DNA from: Zootoca vivipara
Taxonomy: Eukaryota
Assembly: GCF_963506605.1 (NCBI RefSeq)
Contig: NC_083283.1
Span: forward strand, 83,576,001-83,640,000
Direction: 5' to 3'
DNA length: 64,000 bases
The notes under the pieces are model-generated. The model saw only the letters and a list, made by a program, of their open reading frames with translations. It was not told the origin of the DNA and made no database searches. The first letter of the stretch is position 1. Each line of letters begins with the position of its first letter. A program made the translations under genes and the position numbers. This document shows, in pieces, positions 1 through 11,268 of the stretch.

Positions 1-1473
1 CTTCCCAGGCAAAAGCGAGTAGGTCACTTTGGCATTCTGCGCTGTGTCCAGATCAACAGCATGGATGAAACCGATCAGAAGACCAGGAATATTGTTTTCT
101 CTTAACTGCATTTCATAGAATGGCTTTTCAAACACTGGAGGGTTGTCATTGACATCTGAGATTTGCACATGAAGTATTCTTGTGGAAGTGAGTCTGGGAG
201 AGCCCCTGTCTGTGGCTGTGATAGTAATGTTATATTCACAGACTTTTTCTCTGTCCAGTGGCTGTTGGGTCACCAGCTGGTAATAGTTGTTCTCTGTGGG
301 TTTGAGCACGAATGGCAGGTTTACTTCAGTGGTGCAGGCAGTTCTGCCACTGTCTCCAGAGTCCACGTCTGTGACACTGAAGAGGGCCACCATTGTGTCT
401 GGGGGAGAGTCCTCAGGTAAGGGACTGGTGATGGATGTGATGGTAATCTCTGGAGCATTGTCGTTCTCATCCTCAATCTCTACAAAGACTTTACAGTAAG
501 CAGAAAGACCTCCTCCATCTGTGGCTCTGATGTTCATCTCATAATTTGTGCTTTCTTCATAATCAATTGTTGCTGCAGTAGTAAGTTCCCCGGTGTGTTT
601 ATTTAACTTGAACATTCTCAACACATTTTCTGGCACTTGGCTGAATGAATAAGTGATATGTGCGTAGGAACCAATATCCCTATCAGTGGCTTCAACTCTT
701 GTGACTAGTGTATCCAATGGGCTGTTTTCCATTAGTTTTACTTTGTACTCAGATTGTGGAAACTGAGGCAAGTTATCATTGTTATCCAGAACATCAATAA
801 TAATTTGCACTGTTCCAGTTCTTTTGGGGATCCCCCCATCAATAGCTGACAGCGTAAGATACATGTGTGGATTCACCTCACGGTCCAGTGGTTTCTCTAA
901 CACCAGTTCTGCGTATTTGCTACCATCACTTTGACTTTTCACATCCAGCCTAAAATGTTCATTAGGACTAAGAGTGTAGTTCTGAACAGCATTTTCTCCT
1001 TTATCTGGATCTTCTGCTCTTTCCAAAGGAAATCTGATACCCACAGGAGTCTGCTCAGGTATTTCAAAAATAAATTTATTCTTAGAGAATTTGGGGGAAT
1101 TATCATTCACGTCCTCTATCTGAACTTCTATTCTGTGTAACTTCCATGGTTCTTCCAGCACAATTTCAGACAGTAGAATACATGGTTCATTCTGACCACA
1201 CAGGGACTCTCGATCTATTTTATCCTTTACTGTCACATCCCCTGAATGAGGATCCAGCTGAAAATACTGCTTGGAGCCCTTAGAAACCAGCCGGGCTCTC
1301 CGAGCAGAGAGCTCCTTTGCATCCACTCTCAAATCTTTTAGCACATTCGCTACCAGAGACCCACTTTTCTCCTCCTCTGCCACTGAATAGCGGAAAGACT
1401 CACACATTGCTATGCATGCACAGAGATACAGGGAAAAAGACCAAACTTGCCTGATCTTGAGCTGCATTTCCAT
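1..1473 (-). CDS. PCDHB: G1: protocadherin-beta-like variable exon, subfamily A, 5' part (signal peptide to EC5), runs off the window start
   Basis: Not in the ORF track because no stop lies in the window. ATG at 1473-1471 gives MEMQLKIRQVWSFSLYLCACIAMCESFRYSVAEE..., with cadherin DRE/DxNDNxP motifs. Colinear with G8: 1473 nt to the same LLPGK codon. Confidence 0.93.
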   Translation of the reverse strand, partial: MEMQLKIRQVWSFSLYLCACIAMCESFRYSVAEEEKSGSLVANVLKDLRVDAKELSARRARLVSKGSKQYFQLDPHSGDVTVKDKIDRESLCGQNEPCILLSEIVLEEPWKLHRIEVQIEDVNDNSPKFSKNKFIFEIPEQTPVGIRFPLERAEDPDKGENAVQNYTLSPNEHFRLDVKSQSDGSKYAELVLEKPLDREVNPHMYLTLSAIDGGIPKRTGTVQIIIDVLDNNDNLPQFPQSEYKVKLMENSPLDTLVTRVEATDRDIGSYAHITYSFSQVPENVLRMFKLNKHTGELTTAATIDYEESTNYEMNIRATDGGGLSAYCKVFVEIEDENDNAPEITITSITSPLPEDSPPDTMVALFSVTDVDSGDSGRTACTTEVNLPFVLKPTENNYYQLVTQQPLDREKVCEYNITITATDRGSPRLTSTRILHVQISDVNDNPPVFEKPFYEMQLRENNIPGLLIGFIHAVDLDTAQNAKVTYSLLPGK

Positions 1474-1695
1474 TCTCCCAGCCTCTCCTCTTGTCTATTC
1501 TAAGGCATGTATCTTCTTAACTGTATTTATCTTTTGAATGTGACACAGTGTCCTGCTTATTCCTACTGAAATTTCTGAAGACTGGCTTGCAGTAGGGATC
1601 TGGTGTTTTTCCTGCGCTGATTCCTTTGTCTAATGGCGACAGCTCTTGAGGAGAGCAACTGCTGCTCCCCAATTTCCTTCTTTTATCTTGTGCAA

Positions 1696-1711
1696 TACCA
1701 CCACCTTGTGT
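1696..1711 (-). promoter_or_regulatory. CSE/CTCF site of the G1 promoter
   Basis: Minus strand ACACAAGGTGGTGGTA, about 225 bp upstream of the ATG. The position is conserved in all eight paralogs. Confidence 0.75.
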
Positions 1712-4010
1712 TTCAACTATGTTATGGCGTTACAAAAACCAAAAGTTTTTCCAGAATAAGAGCTGGTTAACATGAGCATCCATGTTGGAAAACAGCCCCC
1801 CTAATGGAACAGAAACCCCATATTCCCAGCTTTATTTCTTTTTAAGAGTTTCTAGCATCTTTAGAACCTGAGAAATGAAATAAAACATATATTTTTCTTC
1901 TTTTGAGGAGGAGGATGATTTGGTGAGAAATTATAGTTTTATCACCGTACAGTATTTTACTTCCATGAATTCCCGCATACACGATATGGGCTGGATGATT
2001 TGTGTCCAGCTAAATCTCTCACAGTGTACACTCACTGAAATCAATGGGCATGATTTTATTTTGTTTACATCCATTGATCTCAGTGGAACCTCTTTGAGTT
2101 CCACTTAGTTGAATACAATCCTTGGAACCTTGTTCCTGCTCCCAAAATTACCGTATAATGCCATGTTTTACATTTCTTAGGCTCCTGAAAACTCCCAATG
2201 TTTGTTCCCCCAACCCCCCCCCCCCAATTACAGCCTAACCTACCCTACAGGGCTGCCGGGAAGATAAAATGGGACAAAGACCATGTCCTACAGGCAACTT
2301 CCCCTCTTTCTCTAAAGTATATGCCACACACACACCCTTCCAGACATGTTAGCATTCTGTATAATTAAGGTTTACCTTGCCATTCTGTCCTTTCACTTGC
2401 ACAGATTAGTAAAACAGTTCAGTGCCCCACACAAACTCTCTAGTCTTTCTCTCTCTTGCTTCCCTTCCCCATGTTACAGTCTTTCTCTAGTCCCCTCTTT
2501 TCCAGCTGAACGTTCTCTATAGCTGGAGCCCAGAGAGGAACCTCTGTGTCAGATCTTATCCCCAGTTAGCTGGGCCTCCCACCACAAAGGTTAGTTGAAC
2601 TTAGGCACATTGTGACACAATGGCCATGTGAGTTTTCATACCTAGTCAATTTTCCAAATACCTGATGGTGTGGAAGTTGCTTATAGGACATGATACTTGT
2701 TCCAATGAAATTTCATTTGATGAATTATGTAGGAATAGAACAAACTTCGGTTCCATCCTGATCATCCCAACATGCACCTGTGGAATTGATTTATGATGTA
2801 TGACAGCGGATTACACTCAATGGCATTTTTGCAGGTTGGGAATATAACTGGAACCAATACTACTTAAGTTTCAGGTGGTTGCTGTGACCAGGAGAATCTT
2901 TTTCTATCTCTTTTACACATCAGGTATTTCTGGAGTGTTTTACAACACAATCCTAACCATGTCTAATCAGAGGAAAGTACTATTCAATTCAATGGTGCTT
3001 ATTCCTAGGTAAGCCGGATTAGGATTGCAGCCCTAGTCATCATTTTATGCAGCGGCCCAAAGATACTGCCTGGACATACTTATGTAGTTGCTACCAACCC
3101 TCTTCCCCACGTCTGAGTTCTCTAGCACATGCTTGTTGGCTCAAGGGGAAAGGACCTGGTTGCTTCTTTAATTTGTGCTGAGGGTATGGAGAATGAAAGG
3201 AACAACAAGAGTTTCTTCCAAGCAATGGTAAAGACTTCCGATGTGCTTGATCTTACATCAGTCTAGTGGGAACTCAGGTTACAGGGTCTGTGCACGGCTG
3301 AGTGTTCTGTTCAGTAAGTCTTACAGCACAATCGTAACCATGTCTAATCATGTCCTGCACTTGCAGGAAGGCACTATACAAAAAAATATGTTGCCAAGTT
3401 TCAAACTATAAGCCATAGAACTTAATGTCTCCACTCCCCATTTCTCATTACAATGGTGGGGTGTGATTCAGCCTTGACTAGGTTGCCACAGCCATGACCA
3501 TATAGCACTTTTTCATCTCCTCCCCCATCACTTTTCTGCTCCTCACTCAGCCACACTCCGTCAGTGTCCAATTGATCCTCTTCACCTGAAACTCACTTGC
3601 AAACTGCACAAATGTCCCTCCACTTGACCATCTCTTTCAGGGTGGGGACATCATAATGAAATCCTATGGACTTACATTGGCCAAGAAAGGCATTTTAAAT
3701 AAGAACTATGAATATGTTTCTCTACCATTAGATTAAAACACATACTAGACTTTACTGCTGACCTAAGTAAACAAACCATTTTGCAAAAGATACAATCCAA
3801 AAGAGAAATCTTTTCAGAACCCCCCCCCCAGTGATGTAGATTTGCACAGCACCTGCCATTACACAACCAACTCATTCAAAACAAGCCATTCCTCATCATT
3901 TGTATCCTTGGTATGGACCATCCTCAAAGGTATTTACAATGCCAGGTGTCAAGTCAGCCAGTTGAACCATTTTGCAGCTATAAACTGCAGAACCTGATTC
4001 TTATGTCAAA

Positions 4011-4143
4011 GGGCTTGTTGTTCAGTGGTAGAGAAACTGCTCTGCATACAAAACATGCCAGGTTCAAACCCTGGCATCCTCAGGTCTGAAATCCTGAGAT
4101 AGATGGACCAAAGGTTTGACTCATTAAAAGACAGATTTCTGTA
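4011..4143 (+). mobile_element. Degenerate tRNA-derived SINE, same family as 18122-18327
   Basis: A-box-like ttcagtggtaga, B-box ggttcaaaccc, and body motif ctggcatc...gatggaccaa. Confidence 0.55.
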
Positions 4144-4838
4144 TTACTCCTTATATTCCCCTGTCCCACATTGTTCATTATAATGGCAGAATGCAAGTCA
4201 GCCTGCTTGCCCTAAACATATAAGCAGTTCAAATTATAAAACAGAAAACTATGAGAACCCAGAATTGTTTGCTCAAAATGCCGATTGTTTAAAAGGCCTG
4301 GATAAATAAAAAGGTCATCTAACACTAAAAAGGCTCCTCTGTGATCCTCCCTGGGAAGGCAATTCCACAGGTGGGGTGCCACCAGCAAGAAGACCCTCTA
4401 AATAATGTCATGTATATAACTGGGAAGCCTGCTCTAATCTGGGCTACTGTGTGCATGTACTTCAACAGCTGCAGGTACAGGTACATTGTCCACACCTTGG
4501 AGGTATGCATATTGTACGACACATTGGTGTATCTGAAGTAGCTATGATGTTCTGAGCAAGTTTTAATATGCAGAAAGTCCAAAGGCAGAGGACGTAAATA
4601 GCAAGAGGGCTGAAGGAAAGAATCTGAACCCAACAATGGGCTTGAAGGAGGTGGCTTGCCTGAGAAATTGACGGGTGGGATCAGAAAGGCGAAGGGAGAA
4701 AATATCAAATGGAGAGGATGGACCAGTGATGAAGACAAAGGGAAATGAGGAAAAAAAGTCTCACATGGACTTGAAATAAACAGATCATTTTTAAACTGAA
4801 GCATGCTCTAAAATGTTAAAATATATTGGAAATAATTT

Positions 4839-7316
4839 TCAAAAAGCAATATGAGAACATCTGATATGTCTAATTAAAAAGGAAAAAGAATTCACCTTTT
4901 CCACTGATTCTTCTTTCCCCACCTGGTCAGGAATATCTTGGGAAGCAGAAGGAGGGGTCTGGTTCACATTGAGGTTTGGGTCCCCCACAGAAAAAACAGG
5001 AATGAGGGGCCTGAGGAACCTGAACTCGCTGCTTAAGGACCCACCGGTTAAGCAAACATCGTAGTGGTAACTCCTGGAAAGCGACCCGCTCTGAGAATCC
5101 CCACAGTTCTCTGGGATGTCGGGTCTGGCAGGTGGGAAGTGAGGAGGGGCAGCAATAAAACTTTCCCTGGGATCCCTCCTGCAGATCTTGATGGCAGCAA
5201 AGGAAACAATGCAAACGAGGAACACAAAGGAGACTGCAGCCAGGCAGATCACCAAATACAAGGTCAAGCTCCCATCTTCTTCATGTTGGTCTTTACTAAT
5301 CTCCACAGCCTTCATATAAGGATCCGAAAAGCCACCCACGGGAAGGACATGGAGCATTGCAGTGCTGCTCTGGGGAGGGAGCCCGTTGTCCCTCACCACT
5401 ATCATGAGTCTCTGCTTGCTGGTGTCTCGCTCGCTCAGGGCTCTCCTGGTTCTCACTTCCCCATTCTGGGCTCCTATGCTGAAAAGACCAGGGTCTGTGG
5501 CCTTCAGCAGCTCATAGGAAAGCCACGAGTTCTGGCCAGAATCTCCATCCACAGCCACCACCTTGGTGACCAGGTAGCCAGACTCCACCGACTTGGGGAC
5601 CAGCTCATTGCAGGGGGATGTGCTGTTCTGAAGAGGGTAGAGGAAGAAGGGAGCGTTGTCGTTTTCATCTATGATTACGACTCGGACAGTAACGTCTGAG
5701 CTGAGGGGAGGAGATCCTCCATCTGTAGCCCTCACCATCACTTTGAAATCTTTGATCTGCTCATAATCCAGAGATCGGAGGGCATACAGATTTCCGCTTT
5801 CAGAGTTGATTGAGATGTAAGAGGCCACAAGGCCATCAGTGACCTTCCCAGGCAAAAGGGAGTAGGTGATCTTGGCATTCTTCTCAGTGTCCAGATCAGC
5901 AGCATGGACTGAGCCAATGAGCAGTCCTGGAATATTGTTTTCCCGTATCTGCATTTCCCATGAAGACTTTTCAAATACTGGAGGGTTGTCATTGACATCT
6001 GAGATTTGAACGTTAATGATTCTTGTGGAAGTGAGCCTGGGGGAACCCTGGTCAACAGCTGTGATGGTGACATTATACTCTGAGATCTTCTCTCTGTCCA
6101 AGGGACTTTGGACCACAAGTTGGTAATAGTTATCCATAGTGGGTTTTAACATAAAGGGAAGGTTTACTTCCACAGAGCACATGGTTCTGCCATTGTCTCC
6201 AGAGTCTCGGTCTGCAATGGTGAAGAGAGCAACAAGGGTCTCCAGGGGAGAATCTTCTGCCAAAGGACTAGTGATGGATATGATGGACACTTCAGGAACA
6301 TTGTCATTCACATCCTCAGTCTCTACCAGGACCTTGCAGTGACCTGAAAGGCCCCCTCCATCTGTTGCTCTGATGCTCATGTCATAGCTGGTTTCTTTTT
6401 CATAATCAAGCTGACCAGAAAGGGTGATTTCCCCCGTGACTTCATTTAGGTGGAACAAATCGTAAATTTCTGCAGGCACTCTGTAGAATGAGTAGGCAAT
6501 TTGTGCATTGGAACCAAAATCCAAATCTGTAGCTTCCACTTTGGATATCAGGGTGTCCTGAGGACTGTTTTCCTTTAACCTTACTTTATATTCCGTCTGT
6601 GTAAACTGTGGGGAATTATCATTATTGTCGAGAACATCAATATTTATTTTAACTGTGCCGGTTCTCCGTGGCTCCCCTCCATCCACAGCTGTGAGAGTCA
6701 GTTCCAAGTGTGGCTCCTTCTCCCTGTCCAGTGGTTTCTTCAGGACAAGATCCACATATTTCCTTCCCTTCTTGTTGCTCTCCATGCTAAGCATGAAATG
6801 CTCATTGGGACTGAGCGTGTAGTTTTGGATGTTATTTTCCCCCAGGTCCGCATCTTGGGCAGATTCCAAGGGGAAATGTGTATTTGGAGAGACATTTTCA
6901 GGAATTTCCAGATCAAATACCTTTTTAGAGAAATTGGGGACATTATCATTTACGTCTTCTATCTTGATTTCAATACTGAAGATCTTTAAGGGATTTTGCA
7001 ACACAATTTCAGACTGTAATAAGCAAGGATCACTCTGGCCACATAATGTTTCTCGGTCTATTTTATCATCTATCAATAAATTCCCTGAGTGGGTATCAAG
7101 GTGAAAATATTGCTTACTGTTCTTAGAAACAAGCTGGGCTCTGCGAACAGAGAGCTCCCCTTTTCCCAGTTTCAAATCCTCCAGCACATTAGCCACCAAA
7201 GACCCCCTTTTCTTTTCTTCGGGCACAGAATAGTGAAGTGAAATACTTAGTGCTCCAGGAAGACAAAGGAAAAGCAAAAAATACAGACCTTGTTCCTTTC
7301 TGTAGCCGTCTCCCAT
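4839..7316 (-). CDS. PCDHB: G2: protocadherin-beta-like variable exon, subfamily B (probable exon end at donor 4896)
   Basis: 825-aa ORF with signal peptide, six cadherin repeats, beta-type EC6 (LYPLQN..PC.ELVP..GYLVTKVVAVDGDSGQN.WLSY), TM and cytoplasmic SLSRSYHYDVCLTGGS..SEFRFLRP, resembling mammalian PCDHB GTLSQSYQYEVCL..EFKFLKP. Confidence 0.95.
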   Translation of the reverse strand: MGDGYRKEQGLYFLLFLCLPGALSISLHYSVPEEKKRGSLVANVLEDLKLGKGELSVRRAQLVSKNSKQYFHLDTHSGNLLIDDKIDRETLCGQSDPCLLQSEIVLQNPLKIFSIEIKIEDVNDNVPNFSKKVFDLEIPENVSPNTHFPLESAQDADLGENNIQNYTLSPNEHFMLSMESNKKGRKYVDLVLKKPLDREKEPHLELTLTAVDGGEPRRTGTVKINIDVLDNNDNSPQFTQTEYKVRLKENSPQDTLISKVEATDLDFGSNAQIAYSFYRVPAEIYDLFHLNEVTGEITLSGQLDYEKETSYDMSIRATDGGGLSGHCKVLVETEDVNDNVPEVSIISITSPLAEDSPLETLVALFTIADRDSGDNGRTMCSVEVNLPFMLKPTMDNYYQLVVQSPLDREKISEYNVTITAVDQGSPRLTSTRIINVQISDVNDNPPVFEKSSWEMQIRENNIPGLLIGSVHAADLDTEKNAKITYSLLPGKVTDGLVASYISINSESGNLYALRSLDYEQIKDFKVMVRATDGGSPPLSSDVTVRVVIIDENDNAPFFLYPLQNSTSPCNELVPKSVESGYLVTKVVAVDGDSGQNSWLSYELLKATDPGLFSIGAQNGEVRTRRALSERDTSKQRLMIVVRDNGLPPQSSTAMLHVLPVGGFSDPYMKAVEISKDQHEEDGSLTLYLVICLAAVSFVFLVCIVSFAAIKICRRDPRESFIAAPPHFPPARPDIPENCGDSQSGSLSRSYHYDVCLTGGSLSSEFRFLRPLIPVFSVGDPNLNVNQTPPSASQDIPDQVGKEESVEKVNSFSFLIRHIRCSHIAF

Positions 7317-7550
7317 GGCTCAAGAATCTCTGGCCAAAATATGGAGCTTCTGACAGTCATCCAATGATAATCTCTGCTGCTGTAGAAATGAATTTGATGC
7401 TGCAGTGTTGACGGCTTTGCTGTGCTGTATGTTATCTCTTTCTCACAAATGGAAGTCACCCGTCCTTTGTTTCAGCCACCTTTGTTTGTGCTCATGGCTT
7501 CCTGTGAGTTCCTTCACAAAATTCTGAATTCCAGTTCATGTCTTTGCCTA

Positions 7551-7566
7551 TACTACCACCGTGTGG
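7551..7566 (-). promoter_or_regulatory. CSE/CTCF site of the G2 promoter
   Basis: Minus strand CCACACGGTGGTAGTA, about 235 bp upstream of the ATG. Confidence 0.72.
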
Positions 7567-8739
7567 CTGAGCATGAAAAATCACTAAGATTCTGAAAATC
7601 ACGCTGAATGCAGTGCACATTATACTGAACAGGAAAGGTTCAGATTTACTGTATCTCTATTAACAGAAAACTGTTTTATTACTAGGAAGATGTCTCCTTT
7701 TCCATATCAATGAATGTAGATATCACAAAACAGTGTGTTCCATCTGTGGTTGTTCTACACTGTTGTGCATGTGATTCAATCTCATACTGGGAAATTCAAG
7801 GTGCACAGCACATATGGTGCTCTTGTGGAACAATCTCTCTCCTTCCCCCCCAATCAAACATTTTGCAATAAGGAAAGTGGCAGGAAAACATCTTGGAAAG
7901 TGTAGGATAACTATTGCTTGATCCAAGTGCTATATGGACTTCACACAGAGAATGTAGCAGGCTATTAATATCTACATAAGTATTAGGATAACAACTCTAT
8001 ATCAATTTATATAAGAATGTATGGGAATATATTGCATTGCATTTTTTGTATTCCTCCCCTTATACATAGCTTTGTTCTTCTTTTTCCTCACTTCCCCCTC
8101 TTCCCCTCCCCTCTGTATCACTTTATTTCTATTTTTTAAAAGTAGTAAAAATAAATGACCAATAAGCAGGTCATCTGGAAGCAACCTGCATTTCAGCTTT
8201 TGTGTAATTCTTCCTCCTCCCATATAGAGAGTTCAAAGAGGTTATGAAGTTATTCTATAACACATCAAACCACAAAAATATTAATATGAAAGTTTATTTC
8301 CCTCTAGGAAGGGACAGAAACAACAATATCAGAATAGAATGAGACAGGTAAAATGGAAAAGGAAAAATGGGAAGAATCTACACTCAGCTGAATTCAGGGT
8401 TCTACCTCACAGGTTCATGGGGAGCAAACTAGAGAGAGAAAAGTTTGGAATTCAACCATACTGAAAGGATTGAAATGCTACACTCACACCCCAACAGAAT
8501 ATGAACAGCATGCATACATTTTATGAAGAGTGAAAAAAATTATTGAATATATGAAAAATGACTGCATACAGCTGAAAACGCTGGCAGCACTAAGATGAGT
8601 CAATAATTTTTTATGGATGTAAAAGTGGAAAACTAATTTGAATGGTTATTGTAAAATATGCAGGGATGTATCTTATGTAAAATGAAACATGGAAGGAGAA
8701 GAAGGCAAGTCACCGGATAATTTAAAGATGGTAAAATAT

Positions 8740-11268
8740 TTATTTGGAAATGTAAAATATAAATTTAATGAAAATTATTATCAAACTAGAGAGAGAGAAA
8801 TCTGAAATTGAACCATACAGAAGGGATTCAAATGCTACACTCACCTGTACCACATGTTGACTTTCCTCTGGATGACTTGGGACTCCCTCAGAATCATTGG
8901 AACTCCTTGGATTCACCTGAGTGTTAGGAGGCTCCACAGAGAAAACAGGAAATAGGGGCCTGAGAAAGCGGAACTCACTGTTCAGAGACCCACCAGCTAA
9001 GCACACCTCATAGTTGTAAGCCTGAGATAGAGATCCAGCACCAGGATCCGCAGAGATCTCCTGGGAATCAGGTCCCACAGGGAAATTGGCTGCAGAGTTG
9101 TAGGTTGCTATGAACTTCTCACGTTTCTGCAACTTGATTACAATAAACGCCACTACAGAAATGAGAAAAATACTTGAGATGGCAGCCAAGCAGATGATCA
9201 AATACATAGTCAGGTTGGGGTCTTCTTCCTCCGCTGTTTCCTCCTTTGGGAGAGCCACACTTTTCAGATAAGGGTCAGAGAAGCCGTCCACTAGAAGGAT
9301 TCTGAGCGTGGCAGAGGTGGACTGGGGAGGATGTCCATTGTCTCGGACGACCACAACCAGATTCTGCTTGAAGCTGTCTCGGTTACTGACTGGCCTCAGA
9401 GTGGTCACTTCTCCATTCTGGGCCCCCACCGTGAACAGACCCGGTTCTGTGGCCTTCAGCAGCTGATAGGAAAGCCAAGAGTTCTGAGCAGAATCCCTGT
9501 CCACAGCCACCACCTTGGTGACCAGGTAGCCAGTCTCTGCCCCTCGGGGAACCAGGTCATTCGAGGGGGAAGTGCCATTCTGGAGAGGGTAGAGGATGAA
9601 GGGGGCATTGTCATTTTCATCCACAACCTGAACGCGGATCGTAACTTCTGAGCTCAGTGGAGGGGAACCTGAATCCACAGCCCTCACCGTGACATGGAAA
9701 TCTTTTACTTCCTCATAATCCAGAGACCGAATAGCATACAGGTTCCCCGTTTCAGAGTTGATGGAGATGTAAGAGGAAATGGGGCCATCATTGACCTTCC
9801 CAGGCAAAAGCGAGTAGGTCACTTTGGCATTCTGCGCTGTGTCCAGATCAACAGCATGGACAAAACCAATCAGAAGACCAGGAATATTGTTTTCTCTTAA
9901 TTGCATTTCATAGAATGGCTTTTCAAACACTGGAGGGTTGTCATTGACATCTGAGATTTCCACATGAAGTATTCTTGTGGAAGTGAGTCTGGGGGAGCCT
10001 CTGTCAGTGGCCGTGATGGTGATATTATACTCAGAGGCTTGTTCTCTGTCCAGTGGCTGTTGGGTCACCAGCTGGTAATAGTTGTTCTCTGTGGGTTTGA
10101 GCACAAATGGCAGGTTTACTTCAGTGGTGCAGGCAATTCTGCCACTGTCTCCAGAGTCCACGTCTGTGACACTGAAAAGCGCCACCACTGTGTCTGGAGG
10201 AGAATCCTCAGGTAAGGGACTGGTGATGGATGTGATGGTAATCTCTGGCGCATTGTCGTTTTCATCCTCAATCTCCACAAAGACTTTACAGTAAGCAGAA
10301 AGTCCCCCTCCATCTGTGGCTCTGATTTTCATCTCATAATTTGTGCTTTCTTCATAATCAATTGTTGCTGCAGTTGTAAGTTCCCCAGTTTGTTTGTTTA
10401 ACCTGAATGATCTCTGCACATTTTCTGGCACTTGGCTGAATGAGTAAGTGATGTCAGCATTGGAACCAATATCCTTGTCAGTGGCTTCCACTTTTACAAC
10501 CGGTGTATCCAATGGGCTGTTTTCCATTAGTCTCACTTTGTACACAGATTGTTCAAATTGAGGAAGATTATCATTGTTATCCAGAACATCAATAATAATT
10601 TGTGATGTTCCAGTTCTTTTTGGGATCCCTCCATCAACTGCTGACAGAATAAGGGAAATCTGTGGAATCTCCTCGCGATCTAGTGGTTTCTCTAACACCA
10701 GTTCTGCGTATTTGCTGCCATCACTGTGACTTTGCACATCCAGCCTAAAATGTTCATTAGGACTAAGGGTGTAGTTCTGAACAGCATTTTCTCCATTGTC
10801 TGTATCTTCTGCTGTTTCCAATGGAAATCTGATATCCACAGGAGTCTGCTCAGGTATTTCAAGATGGAATTGATTTTTAGAGAATTTTGGGGAATTATCA
10901 TTCACATCCTCTATCTGAACTTCAATTCTATGCAGCTGCCATGGATTTTCCAGCAAGATTTCCGAGAGTAGAAGACAAGGATCATTCTGACCACACAGGG
11001 ACTCTCGATCTATTTTATCCTTTACTGTCACATCCCCAGAATGAGGATCCAGCTGAAAATACTGTTTGGAGCCCTTAGAAACCAGCCGGGCTCTCCGAGC
11101 AGACAGCTCCTTTGCATCTACTTTCAAATCTTTCAGTACATTTGCTACCAGAAACCCACTTTTCTTTTCCTCTGGCACTGAATAGCGGAAGGACTCACCC
11201 ATTGCTACACATGCACAAAGATATAAGGAAATAAACATAACTTGCCTGAGGTTGGCAGGTATTTCCAT
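8740..11268 (-). CDS. PCDHB: G3: protocadherin-beta-like variable exon, subfamily A (probable exon end at donor 8845)
   Basis: 842-aa ORF with six EC repeats, LLVDGFSDPYL, TM and YNYEVCLAGGSLNSEFRFLRP. Confidence 0.95.
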   Translation of the reverse strand: MEIPANLRQVMFISLYLCACVAMGESFRYSVPEEKKSGFLVANVLKDLKVDAKELSARRARLVSKGSKQYFQLDPHSGDVTVKDKIDRESLCGQNDPCLLLSEILLENPWQLHRIEVQIEDVNDNSPKFSKNQFHLEIPEQTPVDIRFPLETAEDTDNGENAVQNYTLSPNEHFRLDVQSHSDGSKYAELVLEKPLDREEIPQISLILSAVDGGIPKRTGTSQIIIDVLDNNDNLPQFEQSVYKVRLMENSPLDTPVVKVEATDKDIGSNADITYSFSQVPENVQRSFRLNKQTGELTTAATIDYEESTNYEMKIRATDGGGLSAYCKVFVEIEDENDNAPEITITSITSPLPEDSPPDTVVALFSVTDVDSGDSGRIACTTEVNLPFVLKPTENNYYQLVTQQPLDREQASEYNITITATDRGSPRLTSTRILHVEISDVNDNPPVFEKPFYEMQLRENNIPGLLIGFVHAVDLDTAQNAKVTYSLLPGKVNDGPISSYISINSETGNLYAIRSLDYEEVKDFHVTVRAVDSGSPPLSSEVTIRVQVVDENDNAPFILYPLQNGTSPSNDLVPRGAETGYLVTKVVAVDRDSAQNSWLSYQLLKATEPGLFTVGAQNGEVTTLRPVSNRDSFKQNLVVVVRDNGHPPQSTSATLRILLVDGFSDPYLKSVALPKEETAEEEDPNLTMYLIICLAAISSIFLISVVAFIVIKLQKREKFIATYNSAANFPVGPDSQEISADPGAGSLSQAYNYEVCLAGGSLNSEFRFLRPLFPVFSVEPPNTQVNPRSSNDSEGVPSHPEESQHVVQVSVAFESLLYGSISDFSLSSLIIIFIKFIFYISK

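Noticed and set aside
2347-2617. TG...CA-bounded segment resembling a solo LTR
   Set aside because: No target-site duplication or clear TATA/poly(A) arrangement found.
5550-5572. CSE-like CACCAAGGTGGTGGC inside EC6 of every complete gene (possible exonic CTCF site)
   Set aside because: Explained by the TKVVA codons and mismatched at key 5' core positions. Exonic CTCF sites are an alpha-cluster feature located near the 5' end of the exon.
5064-5699. Recurrent antisense and alternate-frame ORFs (211 aa in G2/G4/G6, 106 aa in G3/G5/G7/G8, 60-126 aa others)
   Set aside because: These are shadow ORFs of the Pcdh exons. They recur because the underlying DNA is homogenised, and they encode no recognisable protein.
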